Below are positions 38,914-49,725 of a stretch of DNA of 64,000 nucleotides, in pieces. Position numbers and translations under genes: made by a program. The stretch covers positions 715 through 64,714 of the forward strand of contig JBBIQY010000005.1 in assembly GCA_037442085.1 (NCBI GenBank), given 5' to 3'. The notes beneath the pieces are model-generated. The model was not told the DNA's origin. It did not search any database and saw nothing but the letters and a program-made list of their open reading frames with translations. The stretch comes from Anaerolineae bacterium (GTDB lineage: Bacteria; Chloroflexota; Anaerolineae; Anaerolineales; UBA6663). Position 1 is the stretch's first letter. Every line of letters starts with the position of its first letter.

Positions 38914-41145
38914 ATGTGGATTTTTATGCCGACCCAACGATCGCGCTTTCACTCTTCTATGCTCATAATCGGGCTACGACTTGCAGCCGTGTTATTCACG
39001 CCGGTCGCCGTAGTGGGCGGGCTGGCTGCGAGGATGCCCGGAGAGGCGCTGGCCATTGCCCATGCCCAGGGTGGGAACAATGTTTTCCTGCCCCTAATGA
39101 TAAAAGGGGGCGGCAGCGCGCTCGCCACGCTGGCTGCGCAGATGCAGCCGGGGACGTGGGCGGAGTTGCCGACCAGCGAGTTGACCAATCAACTGCTCAC
39201 CGACAGCGCCAACTACAGCTACATCACCCAATACAGCGAAGATATGGTGTGGGACCCCGTCTCGCGGCAATTGTTCTTCGTCGGTGGGCCGCACACCGGA
39301 CAGATAAAATTCATCACTTACAGCGAAGCGACGAACGCCTGGCGCGCCGAGCCGCGGCCGGCGTTCTGGAACTGCGCGGCCAACGAGCCGTGGGGTCTCT
39401 GTCGCGGACACGCTTACGATCATAATGCCCTCAACGCTGCAGCAGGCAAACTCTACTTCCGCCACTACAATTCCGCCACCGTCAGCCAGTACGACATCGC
39501 GGCGAAGGCGTGGAGCCAGTTGCCCGACATCCCCTCGAACGTGCTTTACCCGAGCACGTGCTGCGGCGCGCTGGAGTATTTCCCTGAGATGAATGGATTG
39601 GTGGCGGTGATGGGCGCGCTCGGCGAGGTCGGGCTTTATACGCCGGCCAGCAACCAGTGGAGGCAGCTTGCCAGCAGCGTGCCGATGGGTAGCTACACCA
39701 ACTTTGCCGAATATAGCCCGGTTCATAAGGTGATGATCTTTGGCGGGGGCTGGGGCAGCGGCGACCGGAAGGCGCTGCACAAGCTGACGGCGACCGGCGC
39801 GGTCACGCGCCTCAACGATCACCCCTTCGACCAGCTCGGCGCCTCACAAAGTATTGTGACCGTGGACCCGGTCAGCGGCAAGTATCTGGTCTTCGGGAAG
39901 ATCGCCGACCAGCCGGCGTTTTACGAATACGATGTGGCAACGGATAGTTGGACGCCGCAGCCCGCCTCGCGCCGGCCGCCGTTCTTCGATGTGGGCGTGG
40001 ACGGCCCGCTCTTTGGCACGGTGGCCGCTCCCATCAGCACCTATGGCGTCACCGCCTTTCTCAACTACGACTGGGATAACTCGAAGCTTTATCTTTACAA
40101 GCACACTTCGGGCGGCGCGCTCCACACCGCAGTCGGCGGAGAGGCGCCGGCCGCCTCGCCCGAGTCGGACTTTGCCGCGCGCTGCAACGACCCGAACGTG
40201 GTGCGGTGTTACAACTTCGATGACGCGGCCGACCTCGCCCCACGCATGTACGACCCGTGGGGAGGCGCGGCACGCTGCACCAATAATCGCTGCTGGCTGG
40301 TAGACACCGTGAATAAAGCCAGCGGCGCCGGCGCGCTGCGTTTCGAGATCCCCTCCAATAGCGGCTCCGATACCTCCGGCAGTTTCTGGCTCAACTTCAG
40401 AGACGATCTCTCGGTGCAGTTCGGCGGCAACGAACAGTTCTTTATCCAGTGGCGGCAGCGCTTCTCGCCGGAATTTCTCACGACCAAATATGCAGGCGGC
40501 GGTGGCTGGAAGCAGTCCATCATCGGCACCGGCGACCAGCCCGGCCGGACATACTACTCGTGTACCGCCCTCGAAGTGGTCACCGTTAATGGCTACCATC
40601 GCGGCTTCGCGCAGATGTACAACTCGTGCACCGGCTCAACCTCGCACGGCCCGTTCGATGGATTTGAAGAGCCGTTCGGGGCATACGATTTCAAGTTGCA
40701 AAATGCGCGGCCCGCGCCCTATTGCCTGTACTCGCAGACCCGTACCCATCCCCCCACGCAATTTCCGCCGACCGGGAACTGCTTCGGCTATTTTGCCAAC
40801 GAGTGGATGACGTTTCAGGTGGGCCTTCGGCTGGGGCCGCGCGTCAACGACGAGTTCGTAAACAGCTACGTGCGGTTGTGGATTGCGCGTGAGGGACGAC
40901 CGGCCGAGCTGGCGATCAACTGGGGGCCGTATAACCTGACCGCCGGCGCGCCGGCTGAGAATCAGCGCTTCGGAAAGATCTGGCTGTTGCCGTATAACAC
41001 CAACAAAGACCCCGCCCAGGCGCACCCGGTCGCCTACACGTGGTACGACGAGTTGATCATCTCACGCAGCCGCATCGCCGATCCGGGCGTGCCGCCGCCG
41101 GTTCTGGACAAGCTGCTGTTTCTGCCCGTCGTCATCCGACGCTGA
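38914..41145 (+). CDS. Secreted two-domain protein: Kelch-like beta-propeller + C-terminal ConA-like (lectin/polysaccharide-lyase-like) domain
   Basis: Start uncertain (ATG 38914 or 38926); signal/TM segment, FLPLMIK motif, repeated W/Y-containing blades; C-terminal half ends YTWYDELIISRSRI. Confidence 0.6.
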   Translation: MWIFMPTQRSRFHSSMLIIGLRLAAVLFTPVAVVGGLAARMPGEALAIAHAQGGNNVFLPLMIKGGGSALATLAAQMQPGTWAELPTSELTNQLLTDSANYSYITQYSEDMVWDPVSRQLFFVGGPHTGQIKFITYSEATNAWRAEPRPAFWNCAANEPWGLCRGHAYDHNALNAAAGKLYFRHYNSATVSQYDIAAKAWSQLPDIPSNVLYPSTCCGALEYFPEMNGLVAVMGALGEVGLYTPASNQWRQLASSVPMGSYTNFAEYSPVHKVMIFGGGWGSGDRKALHKLTATGAVTRLNDHPFDQLGASQSIVTVDPVSGKYLVFGKIADQPAFYEYDVATDSWTPQPASRRPPFFDVGVDGPLFGTVAAPISTYGVTAFLNYDWDNSKLYLYKHTSGGALHTAVGGEAPAASPESDFAARCNDPNVVRCYNFDDAADLAPRMYDPWGGAARCTNNRCWLVDTVNKASGAGALRFEIPSNSGSDTSGSFWLNFRDDLSVQFGGNEQFFIQWRQRFSPEFLTTKYAGGGGWKQSIIGTGDQPGRTYYSCTALEVVTVNGYHRGFAQMYNSCTGSTSHGPFDGFEEPFGAYDFKLQNARPAPYCLYSQTRTHPPTQFPPTGNCFGYFANEWMTFQVGLRLGPRVNDEFVNSYVRLWIAREGRPAELAINWGPYNLTAGAPAENQRFGKIWLLPYNTNKDPAQAHPVAYTWYDELIISRSRIADPGVPPPVLDKLLFLPVVIRR

Positions 41146-41161
41146 GTCAGGAGAGAGGATC

Positions 41162-42364
41162 ATGCCATCTCACACAACGCGCAGATGCCGGATGAGGGGG
41201 CTGGTGCTCGCCGTTCTGCTGGGCGCGGCTCTGACGACCTTCCGCCTGCCGGTTGAAGCGCAGATAACGCCGCTGCACGTTTACCTGCCGCTGGTGATGC
41301 GTCACTGCCAGCCGACCGCCGCCGGCTGCCTTGCCCTGCCGGCGACCCCTGGCTGGTATGAAATCCCCAACAGCCGCCTGCGGCCGGTGTGTGCGGCGGA
41401 GAACGGCTTTCCGGCGGTGTGGGGCGTGATGGGCTGCGCGGGCATTACGGAGGCTTGGAGTGGCGGCGTCTTCGACACAACCCGCAACCGGCTGATCATT
41501 TGGGGCGGAGGCCACAACGACTACTACGGCAACGAACTTTACGCGCTGGATTTGGACGACCTGAGCATGCGGCGCTTGAATGATCCGGGTCTGCCCGTTG
41601 GGTCGTTTTCCACCTGCCAAGAGGCAATTGCCAACGGCACGCAGGCCAACAGTCGTCACACCTATGATGGGATCGAGTACCTGCCCAACGTGGATCGCAT
41701 GTTTGTGTTTAGCGGGTCGCTGGCGTGCGCTGCCGGTGACTTTGGCCGCGATACGTGGACGTTCGATTTCCAGACGATGCGGTGGCAGCGGATGAACCCG
41801 ACCGGCCCCTTGCCGGCCGCCTGGCCCGGTGTACTTTCGGCTTACGATCCCAACACCGGCCTGGTCTTCGTCCACGACACGTACTACCTCTACGCCTACA
41901 ATCTCAGTAGCGATGCCTACGTCCGCGTCAGCGACTGGGCCGGTCTGGGCTATCAGCTGAACGCGGCCATTGATCCCAAGCGCAAACGCTTCGTCATCGT
42001 CGGCTGGGACTCGGAGCAGCAGGCCGGGCGGGTCTATGCCTACGACATCAGCAATGTCGCCGGCAACAGCGCGCGGGCCATCCAGACGCTGAACACCAGC
42101 GGCGGCGCGGCGCTGATCGAGAAGGTTTATCCGGGCCTGGCTTACGATCCGGTCACGGATCGCATGGTCGCCTGGGCCGGCGGCAACACCGTTTACAGCC
42201 TCAACCTGGATACGAACGTGTGGACGCCGGTCACGTTTCCCAACGGGCCAGGGCCCCAATTGCAAAACGGCACCCTGGGGCGCTGGCAATATTCACCGGC
42301 CTCCGGGGTCTTCGTGTACTATGGCTCGGTGGATGCGAACGCTTTTGTATTCAGGCTGCCCTGA
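41162..42364 (+). CDS. Secreted Kelch-like beta-propeller protein
   Basis: AGGAGAGAGGA RBS; signal peptide, VYLPLVMR motif, IIWGGGHNDYYGNELYALDL-type blades. Confidence 0.6.
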   Translation: MPSHTTRRCRMRGLVLAVLLGAALTTFRLPVEAQITPLHVYLPLVMRHCQPTAAGCLALPATPGWYEIPNSRLRPVCAAENGFPAVWGVMGCAGITEAWSGGVFDTTRNRLIIWGGGHNDYYGNELYALDLDDLSMRRLNDPGLPVGSFSTCQEAIANGTQANSRHTYDGIEYLPNVDRMFVFSGSLACAAGDFGRDTWTFDFQTMRWQRMNPTGPLPAAWPGVLSAYDPNTGLVFVHDTYYLYAYNLSSDAYVRVSDWAGLGYQLNAAIDPKRKRFVIVGWDSEQQAGRVYAYDISNVAGNSARAIQTLNTSGGAALIEKVYPGLAYDPVTDRMVAWAGGNTVYSLNLDTNVWTPVTFPNGPGPQLQNGTLGRWQYSPASGVFVYYGSVDANAFVFRLP

Positions 42365-42378
42365 TCGTCGGTGCTTGC

Positions 42379-42400
42379 CGCGGTGAGTGCGCTCACCGCG
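42379..42400. terminator. Hairpin between convergent genes
   Basis: 9-bp stem CGCGGTGAG/CTCACCGCG with 4-nt loop; no U tract. Confidence 0.35.
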
Positions 42401-42410
42401 CGATGAGGGA

Positions 42411-43688
42411 TTACGGATTATCCGGCCCCGGCACACCCACGCCGATGGGGTTGGCCGGGTCTTTGCTCCACTCGAACCAGCCGCCATCGTAGACGGCTAT
42501 ATCCGGCCAGCCCATCAGGTGGGCGTAGAAGAAGGCCTCGCTGGCGCGCCAGCCTGTGCCGCAGTAGTAGGCGATAAGCTTGTCGGGCGTGATGCTGGCC
42601 TCCCGCCAGTTGGCGGCGATCTCCGGGTAGGCGCGCATGGTGTTGTCCACGTTGCGATAGTGTTCCATGTGGTGGGCGTCCGAGCCGCAATTGCCCCAGA
42701 CCGAGCCGGGGATGCGTCCGCGCGGCTCGATGTAATCGTAGCCGCTCACGCCGCCGATGTGCTCGGCCCAGGTTCGGATGTCAACCAGCTCGGCTTTGGG
42801 GCTGGCGATGAGTTCGCGCGCCTCGTCAATATCGGCGAAGTAGCGCGGATAGCGGGGAATAGAGAGGCCAAAGGACTCAACCGAGGTGGGCTGGCGCAAC
42901 GCTGTCTCCAGCGCGTAGCCGGCGGTCACCCACCCGTCGTAGCCGCCGTCCAACAGGCGCACGTCCTCGATGCCGCAGTACATCAGGATCAGCGCGGCGC
43001 GCAGCGCGGCGGTGTCGCGGCTATAGACGATGACGGTCGCGTCGTGGGTGAGGCCCAGCGCTCGCAGCGTTGCATCCAGCTCGGTGGGCAAGCGGCGGTT
43101 CCAGGTGTCGGGCGACTCGAGCCGGTTGGTGTCCAGGTACAGCGCGCCGGGCAGATGGCCTGCGGCGTACTCCTCCGGCATACCGTAGTTGACATGGAAG
43201 AGGGTGTAACCGTTGCCGGCGTACGTCTCCGGCTTTCCGCCGTGGATCAGCTCGTGCAACCAGTCCACGTGGACGAGCTTGTGATACCGAGGCAGGCGTT
43301 CCAGCGGCAGGCGCTCATCGGCGGCCCAGGTTGGCTGGCCGGCCTCGTAGACGAGCACGGTCGGGTAGCCGAGCTTGCCAAGGGCCTGCGCGAATTGCTC
43401 TCCTTCGGCTCGGGTGTAGCCGTAGGTCACGATGGTCTTGTCGGGCGTTACGCCCTTGGCCGCCCAATGCTGCGCGTGTTCGGCGGGGTCAATCAGATCG
43501 AACCATTTGAGCGGCCAGGCGACGGCCCCGGGGATGTGGCCGCTGCGTGCTTCACCCCGCAAACGCCAGCCGTTGTAGGCCGCCATAGGACGCACATCTA
43601 CCACGACCAGCGCGGGCTGGCCCAGTCGGTCTTTGAGTTCGGCTGTGGGGAGGTGGAAGACCAGAGCGGTGTCGGTGGAGGTCGTCAT
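42411..43688 (-). CDS. Multi-domain rhodanese sulfurtransferase (YnjE/SseA-like)
   Basis: Start ATG 43688 or TTG 43715; several rhodanese modules; active-site loop YCGTGWRAS near C-terminus. Confidence 0.75.
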   Translation of the reverse strand: MTTSTDTALVFHLPTAELKDRLGQPALVVVDVRPMAAYNGWRLRGEARSGHIPGAVAWPLKWFDLIDPAEHAQHWAAKGVTPDKTIVTYGYTRAEGEQFAQALGKLGYPTVLVYEAGQPTWAADERLPLERLPRYHKLVHVDWLHELIHGGKPETYAGNGYTLFHVNYGMPEEYAAGHLPGALYLDTNRLESPDTWNRRLPTELDATLRALGLTHDATVIVYSRDTAALRAALILMYCGIEDVRLLDGGYDGWVTAGYALETALRQPTSVESFGLSIPRYPRYFADIDEARELIASPKAELVDIRTWAEHIGGVSGYDYIEPRGRIPGSVWGNCGSDAHHMEHYRNVDNTMRAYPEIAANWREASITPDKLIAYYCGTGWRASEAFFYAHLMGWPDIAVYDGGWFEWSKDPANPIGVGVPGPDNP

Positions 43689-43769
43689 CCCGGCTTGCTT
43701 TTTGGGGTTGGGCAAGTGTGGCTTGGCGACGCAAACGGCCTTTGCGCTTGGAGGGATTGCGGCCTTGCG

Positions 43770-45020
43770 TCATGAAAATCTTTCGGCCCGCAGCGGCCCT
43801 AACTCTATGGCCGGGCTCTCGCCGCACGCCAGTTGCGCGATCAGCTCGCCGGTCACCGGGCCAAGCGATATGCCGAGCATGGCGTGGCCGGTGGCGATCA
43901 GCAGGTTGTCATACTGCCTCGAGCGCTCGATGATCGGCAGTCCGTCCGGCGTGCACGGGCGCAGGCCGCGCCATATCTCGAGCCTCTCGGCGTGCCCGAC
44001 ATCGGGCAGATAGGGTTGCACGCCGCGCTGCACGGCTTCGACCCGGCGACGGTTGATCGAGAAATCGAGGCCGGCGAGTTCGAGCGTGCCGGCGAAGCGC
44101 AGCGTCTCGCCCAGCGGCGTGACCGCTACCCACGTCTCCCCGAGCAACAGCGGCAGCGTCGGGCTGAGGGCCGGGCGTCTCACCGTAATGCTGTAGCCTT
44201 TCGCCGGCTGAATGGGCAGCTTGAGCTGCAGGTCGCGCGCCAGAGCCGGCGACCCTATGCCGGCCGCCAGCACGACCTGTGCCGGAGTAAAATCACCGCC
44301 CGTCGTGCGCACGCGCGTGATGCGCCGCCCGTTCACCTCGAAACCGATCACACCGATGCCGGTGCGGATAGCGGCGCCGAGTTTCTCGGCGTGCGCCGCC
44401 AGCCCGCGCACGAAGCGGGCCGGGTTCAGGTGGGCATCGTCCGGAAAATGCAGCCCGCCGAGCACGGTTTCCGACACGTTGGGCTCGAGCGCGCGTATGC
44501 CCTGGCCATCCAGCACGTGCACCTTCAGGCCGTACTCGCTGAGCAGCGCGGCCTCGGCTTCTGCCTCCGCCAGCCCGTGCCGGCTGACGAACAACTTGAG
44601 CAACCCGCGTGTTTCGTAGCCGAAGTCGAACCCGAGGCGTGACAGGTCATCGAACAACGCCCGACTCGCCAGCCCCAGATCACGCAACACCGGGATGGCG
44701 GCCCGGCTGCGCGCCTCGGTGCCGGCCAGGGCGAATCGCAACAGCCATTCCATCAGGTCTCGGTCGGCGCACGGCCGGAGGTAGAACGGGCTGTCGGGAT
44801 CGAACAGCCACTTCAGCCCGTTGCGCAGCGCTTGCTGGGCGAAGGCGGACAGCGGCAGGCTGTGGCTGGGGACGATCAGACCTGCATTGCCGAATGAACT
44901 GCCTGCACCGATCTGGCTGCGTTCAAGCAACGTCACCGCTGCGCCGCGCCGGGCGAGGCTGAACATGGCGCAGACGCCGATCACCCCGCCGCCGATGATC
45001 AGGATCGTTTCAGCGCCCAT
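43770..45020 (-). CDS. FAD-dependent oxidoreductase, D-amino-acid dehydrogenase (DadA) family
   Basis: Trimmed to ATG 45020 after GGTGGAGG; ILIIGGGVIGV dinucleotide fold; C-terminal ATGHAMLGISLGPVTGELIAQL. Confidence 0.8.
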   Translation of the reverse strand: MGAETILIIGGGVIGVCAMFSLARRGAAVTLLERSQIGAGSSFGNAGLIVPSHSLPLSAFAQQALRNGLKWLFDPDSPFYLRPCADRDLMEWLLRFALAGTEARSRAAIPVLRDLGLASRALFDDLSRLGFDFGYETRGLLKLFVSRHGLAEAEAEAALLSEYGLKVHVLDGQGIRALEPNVSETVLGGLHFPDDAHLNPARFVRGLAAHAEKLGAAIRTGIGVIGFEVNGRRITRVRTTGGDFTPAQVVLAAGIGSPALARDLQLKLPIQPAKGYSITVRRPALSPTLPLLLGETWVAVTPLGETLRFAGTLELAGLDFSINRRRVEAVQRGVQPYLPDVGHAERLEIWRGLRPCTPDGLPIIERSRQYDNLLIATGHAMLGISLGPVTGELIAQLACGESPAIELGPLRAERFS

Positions 45021-45129
45021 CGCCTCCACCCCGGCTGGAGCGAGCAAAGTTCCGGGCGCCGTCGCCGTGATAATCGCGGCTCAGGCGGCGTTCGAGGTAG
45101 GTTTGGGTATTTCCGGTGTGGGGCGGCAT
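45010..45129 (-). CDS. Candidate 39-aa upstream ORF translationally coupled to the DadA-like gene
   Basis: Hand translation MPPHTGNTQTYLERRLSRDYHGDGARNFARSSRGGGDGR*; GGAGG 5 nt upstream; stop overlaps DadA-like ATG region; below track cutoff. Confidence 0.25.
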   Translation of the reverse strand: MPPHTGNTQTYLERRLSRDYHGDGARNFARSSRGGGDGR

Positions 45130-45220
45130 GGCAACCTCCGGGCTGAAGTGTCGGACTCATTGTAGCCGCCCGCCGGTTGGCAACCACTGACTGCCATATG
45201 TCCTGATGAGCCGACGCCCC

Positions 45221-46495
45221 TCAGGTGGAGGGGGCGCCGCCCTGTTGGGTGGACCTAGGCGCCTCCCTCAACATCGGCCAATACCAGGCCAGCGCGGCCA
45301 GCGTCCCGAGCGCCGTAAACGTCAGCGCGGCGGCGTGCGCTTCCGGCGGGTAGTGGCCGGCGGCGTCCCGCGGCCACGCGCCGATGATCAGGCCCATCAG
45401 CGCCTGCAGGCTGAACGTGCCACCAATTCCGAAGACGTTTGCGCTGGTGGACGCCCGCCCGGTCAGCTCCGGCGGAAACAAGAAACGCGGCTGGACGAGC
45501 AGCAGGATGCTAAAGCCGCCCGACAGACCGAAGCCGAACATCAGCGCGGCAAGGAGCGCCGGCGGCGGGTGCATCGCGAGCGTGAGTTGAATGGCGACAC
45601 AGAGCATGGTTCCCGCCGCCACCACGCCGGCCAGCCCCAGCCGATCAGCCAGCCAGCCCGAGGTCAGAAAGCCGAGCGTCACGCCCAGGCTGAGCAGAGA
45701 GAGGAGATTGCCGGCGGCGACCTTCTCTAGGCCAAAGACCTCGAACAGATACGGCCCGGCCCACAAGCCCTGAAACGCCAGCAATGTGCCGTTGGTAAAG
45801 AAGATGAGCGGCGCGATGCGCCAGAAACGCAAATCGCTGAAGACCTGCCACAGCCCGCCGCCGCGAACGTAGAGCGTTTGGCCGCCCGGCGAAGGACGCA
45901 CGCCCACGCTCGACCGCTGCTCGATCCACGCCACGCCGGGCGGCGTGTTGCGTGTGAGCGCGGCGATGGCGGCGGCGACCAGCAGGATAATGGCTGCGCC
46001 GTAGGCGAACACGCTGCGCCAGCCGAACGCCGCTGCGAAGGCGGCCAGCGGCGTGGCGGCGATCAGTGCGCCGGAGGAGCCTAAGCCGACGAGCAGGCCG
46101 GAGACGGTGGAGTAGCGCTGCGCCTCAAGCCACCGGCTGAAGGCTTTGAGCGCGCCCATCAGCACGCCGGCCATGCCCGCGCCGATCAGCGCGCGCCCCA
46201 GCGCCAGAGTTGCAAAAGACGAGGCCGAGGCGAAGAGCAGGCTACCGGCCACACCCACCAGCATCAGGCCCGGCGTTACCCAGCGCGGGCCATAGCGATC
46301 CAGCGCCGCGCCCAGTGGAATCTGCACGGCAGCGAACGTGGCAAAGAACAGGCTGGTCATCAACCCTAGCTGCTCGGCATCCAAGTTCAACTCGCGCGCG
46401 AGGTCGGCGGCGATGACGGCGTTGGCCGAGCGATAGAAGAACGAGAGAAAGTAAGCGGCGGTGAAGCAGACGAATACGAGGGAGGATTTGGACAT
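45221..46495 (-). CDS. MFS transporter
   Basis: 424 aa, about 12 TM; [13 protein letters not shown]...[16 protein letters not shown]-type loop 2-3. Confidence 0.85.
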   Translation of the reverse strand: MSKSSLVFVCFTAAYFLSFFYRSANAVIAADLARELNLDAEQLGLMTSLFFATFAAVQIPLGAALDRYGPRWVTPGLMLVGVAGSLLFASASSFATLALGRALIGAGMAGVLMGALKAFSRWLEAQRYSTVSGLLVGLGSSGALIAATPLAAFAAAFGWRSVFAYGAAIILLVAAAIAALTRNTPPGVAWIEQRSSVGVRPSPGGQTLYVRGGGLWQVFSDLRFWRIAPLIFFTNGTLLAFQGLWAGPYLFEVFGLEKVAAGNLLSLLSLGVTLGFLTSGWLADRLGLAGVVAAGTMLCVAIQLTLAMHPPPALLAALMFGFGLSGGFSILLLVQPRFLFPPELTGRASTSANVFGIGGTFSLQALMGLIIGAWPRDAAGHYPPEAHAAALTFTALGTLAALAWYWPMLREAPRSTQQGGAPST

Positions 46496-46598
46496 GAAAG
46501 TCGGGCCGAGCGATTAGACTGCACTGTCTGGGCGATTACCGTCGCGGCTCCTTCCCTCACTGACTCTCACTCGCGTTCCGCTTTCCGGCATGGGATTG

Positions 46599-46630
46599 AG
46601 GCCGCGGGTTTTCGTCCGCGGCCTTTTTAT
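46599..46630 (+). terminator. Plus-strand intrinsic-terminator-like hairpin with no upstream plus-strand gene (possible attenuator or sRNA end)
   Basis: 9-bp stem AGGCCGCGG/CCGCGGCCT, 8-nt loop, TTTTTATTT. Confidence 0.55.
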
Positions 46631-46635
46631 TTCCC

Positions 46636-47865
46636 GCTGATTCCCTGACACTTTGAAAACTGCTCATGGAATGCGGCATAATTTGGTTGTCTGACGACCA
46701 CAGGAGCCGCAACCATGAGCAGCAGTCATGAATTGTACAACCGATTGAGCCAAACGCTGTTTGGCTTGGTTAAAGGAACCAACCGTAAACAAGTGGCGAA
46801 TTGGATTGGGATCGTGGTGGGCCTGTTGCCAGGCAACGCGCTGGCCCTGAGCCAGATCGCGACCCACCTGCCCATGAGAACGACCGCCGAAGCCCGAGTA
46901 ACCTTGATCCGAAGTTGGCTCAAGAATCTGCGGGGCGATGGGTGGACGTTCTACGAGCCGATCTTGGCGCACGTTCTCTGCGGCTGGCAAGCCGTGGAAG
47001 CGCTCCTGATCCTGGATGGGGTGATGGTGTTTGGGGATCGCTGGCAAATCTTCCGGGTGTCGTTGCGGCATGGCTGCCGGGCGATCCCGCTGGGCTGGGT
47101 GGTGCTGGCGGGCAAAGGCGTAACCTCGGTTGAAAAACGGGAAGCGCTGTTGACCCGCGTGGCGGTTTTCTTGCGCCGACGCGTGAAGCGGGTCGTCTGG
47201 CTGGCCGACCGTGGATTCCGCGATACGGATCGGGCCATTTTGTGCCGGAAATTGCGCTGGAATTACGCGATTCGCGTGATGAACAACACCTACGTGACCC
47301 TGGACGATGGCCGGGAGCCTCGGATTGATTGTTTGGGCGTGCCGCACGGTCAGCGCCGCTATTTTCAAAGTGTCGGGCTGACCCGCGAAGCCAAACGGCG
47401 AACCAATTTGTCGGTGTGCTGGACCGAAGGCGATGACAAGCATGCGCCGGAGCTTTTGGCGGTGATCTCCGATCAGGTGGCCGGCCGCCTGCGCTTGCGG
47501 GAATACGGCTTCCGCATGAGCCTCGAAGAGAGTTTCAAGGACGATAAATCGGGTGGCTTCGATATGGCCCACACCCGTTTGCAACATGCCGAGCGCATCG
47601 AACGTTTGCTGCTGGCTCTGGCCATTGCCACCCTCTGGTGTCACGAGTTGGGTGAAGATGTGCTCACCGAAGGTGAACCGGCTCGCCGTCAAATTGATCC
47701 CGGCGCCACGCGCGAACTCAGTCTCTTTCAACTCGGTCTCCGCTGGTTGAAACGCGCCCTCGCAACCGCCGTGATACCTTTACCGCCCTTTCAAGCGCGT
47801 TTATCAAATTTGAAACTTGAACCACTGCGATTTTTACCTGCTTCATGAAAGTGTCAGGGAATCAG
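46636..47865 (+). mobile_element. IS4-family insertion sequence, apparently intact (about 1.23 kb)
   Basis: 18-bp perfect terminal inverted repeats CTGATTCCCTGACACTTT (46637-54 / 47848-65); 7-bp direct repeat ATTTCCC at 46629-35 and 47866-72; single DDE transposase ORF. Confidence 0.85.
46715..47848 (+). CDS. IS4-family DDE transposase
   Basis: 377 aa; LILDG, WLADRGF and Y-2-R-3-E-6-K block YGFRMSLEESFKDDK; stop lies inside the right inverted repeat. Confidence 0.85.
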   Translation: MSSSHELYNRLSQTLFGLVKGTNRKQVANWIGIVVGLLPGNALALSQIATHLPMRTTAEARVTLIRSWLKNLRGDGWTFYEPILAHVLCGWQAVEALLILDGVMVFGDRWQIFRVSLRHGCRAIPLGWVVLAGKGVTSVEKREALLTRVAVFLRRRVKRVVWLADRGFRDTDRAILCRKLRWNYAIRVMNNTYVTLDDGREPRIDCLGVPHGQRRYFQSVGLTREAKRRTNLSVCWTEGDDKHAPELLAVISDQVAGRLRLREYGFRMSLEESFKDDKSGGFDMAHTRLQHAERIERLLLALAIATLWCHELGEDVLTEGEPARRQIDPGATRELSLFQLGLRWLKRALATAVIPLPPFQARLSNLKLEPLRFLPAS

Positions 47866-47939
47866 ATTTCCCAAGCCTACCCTCTCCTTTTGGGAGAGGG
47901 CGGCGATGCGAAGCATCGCGGGGTGAGGGGAGCGCTGCC

Positions 47940-49616
<1,677 letters not shown>

Positions 49617-49713
49617 CAGCCTCTCACCGCAAAGTCGCAGAGGCATGATGGCGCAGTGAACCGGGAATCAACTTTGTGCGCTCCCTGTTCTCTGTGCTGA
49701 AACACCGGCCCGC

Positions 49714-49719
49714 TATAAT
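49714..49719 (+). promoter_or_regulatory. Perfect TATAAT box 6 nt upstream of ATG 49726 (leaderless candidate)
   Basis: CGCTATAATGCTTCAATG; no SD; -35 not convincing. Confidence 0.35.
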
Positions 49720-49725
49720 GCTTCA

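Noticed and set aside
47817-47939. Track start of the ABC-F ORF inside the IS right end
   Set aside because: It would fuse IS and spacer sequence to the protein. ABC-F proteins start right before the first beta strand and Walker A (MLKVLNLSKSY), and ATG 47940 has an SD.
49617-49660. GCCTCT...AGAGGC stem after the ABC-F gene as a terminator
   Set aside because: It has only a 6-bp stem with a 14-nt loop and no U tract, which is too weak to call.
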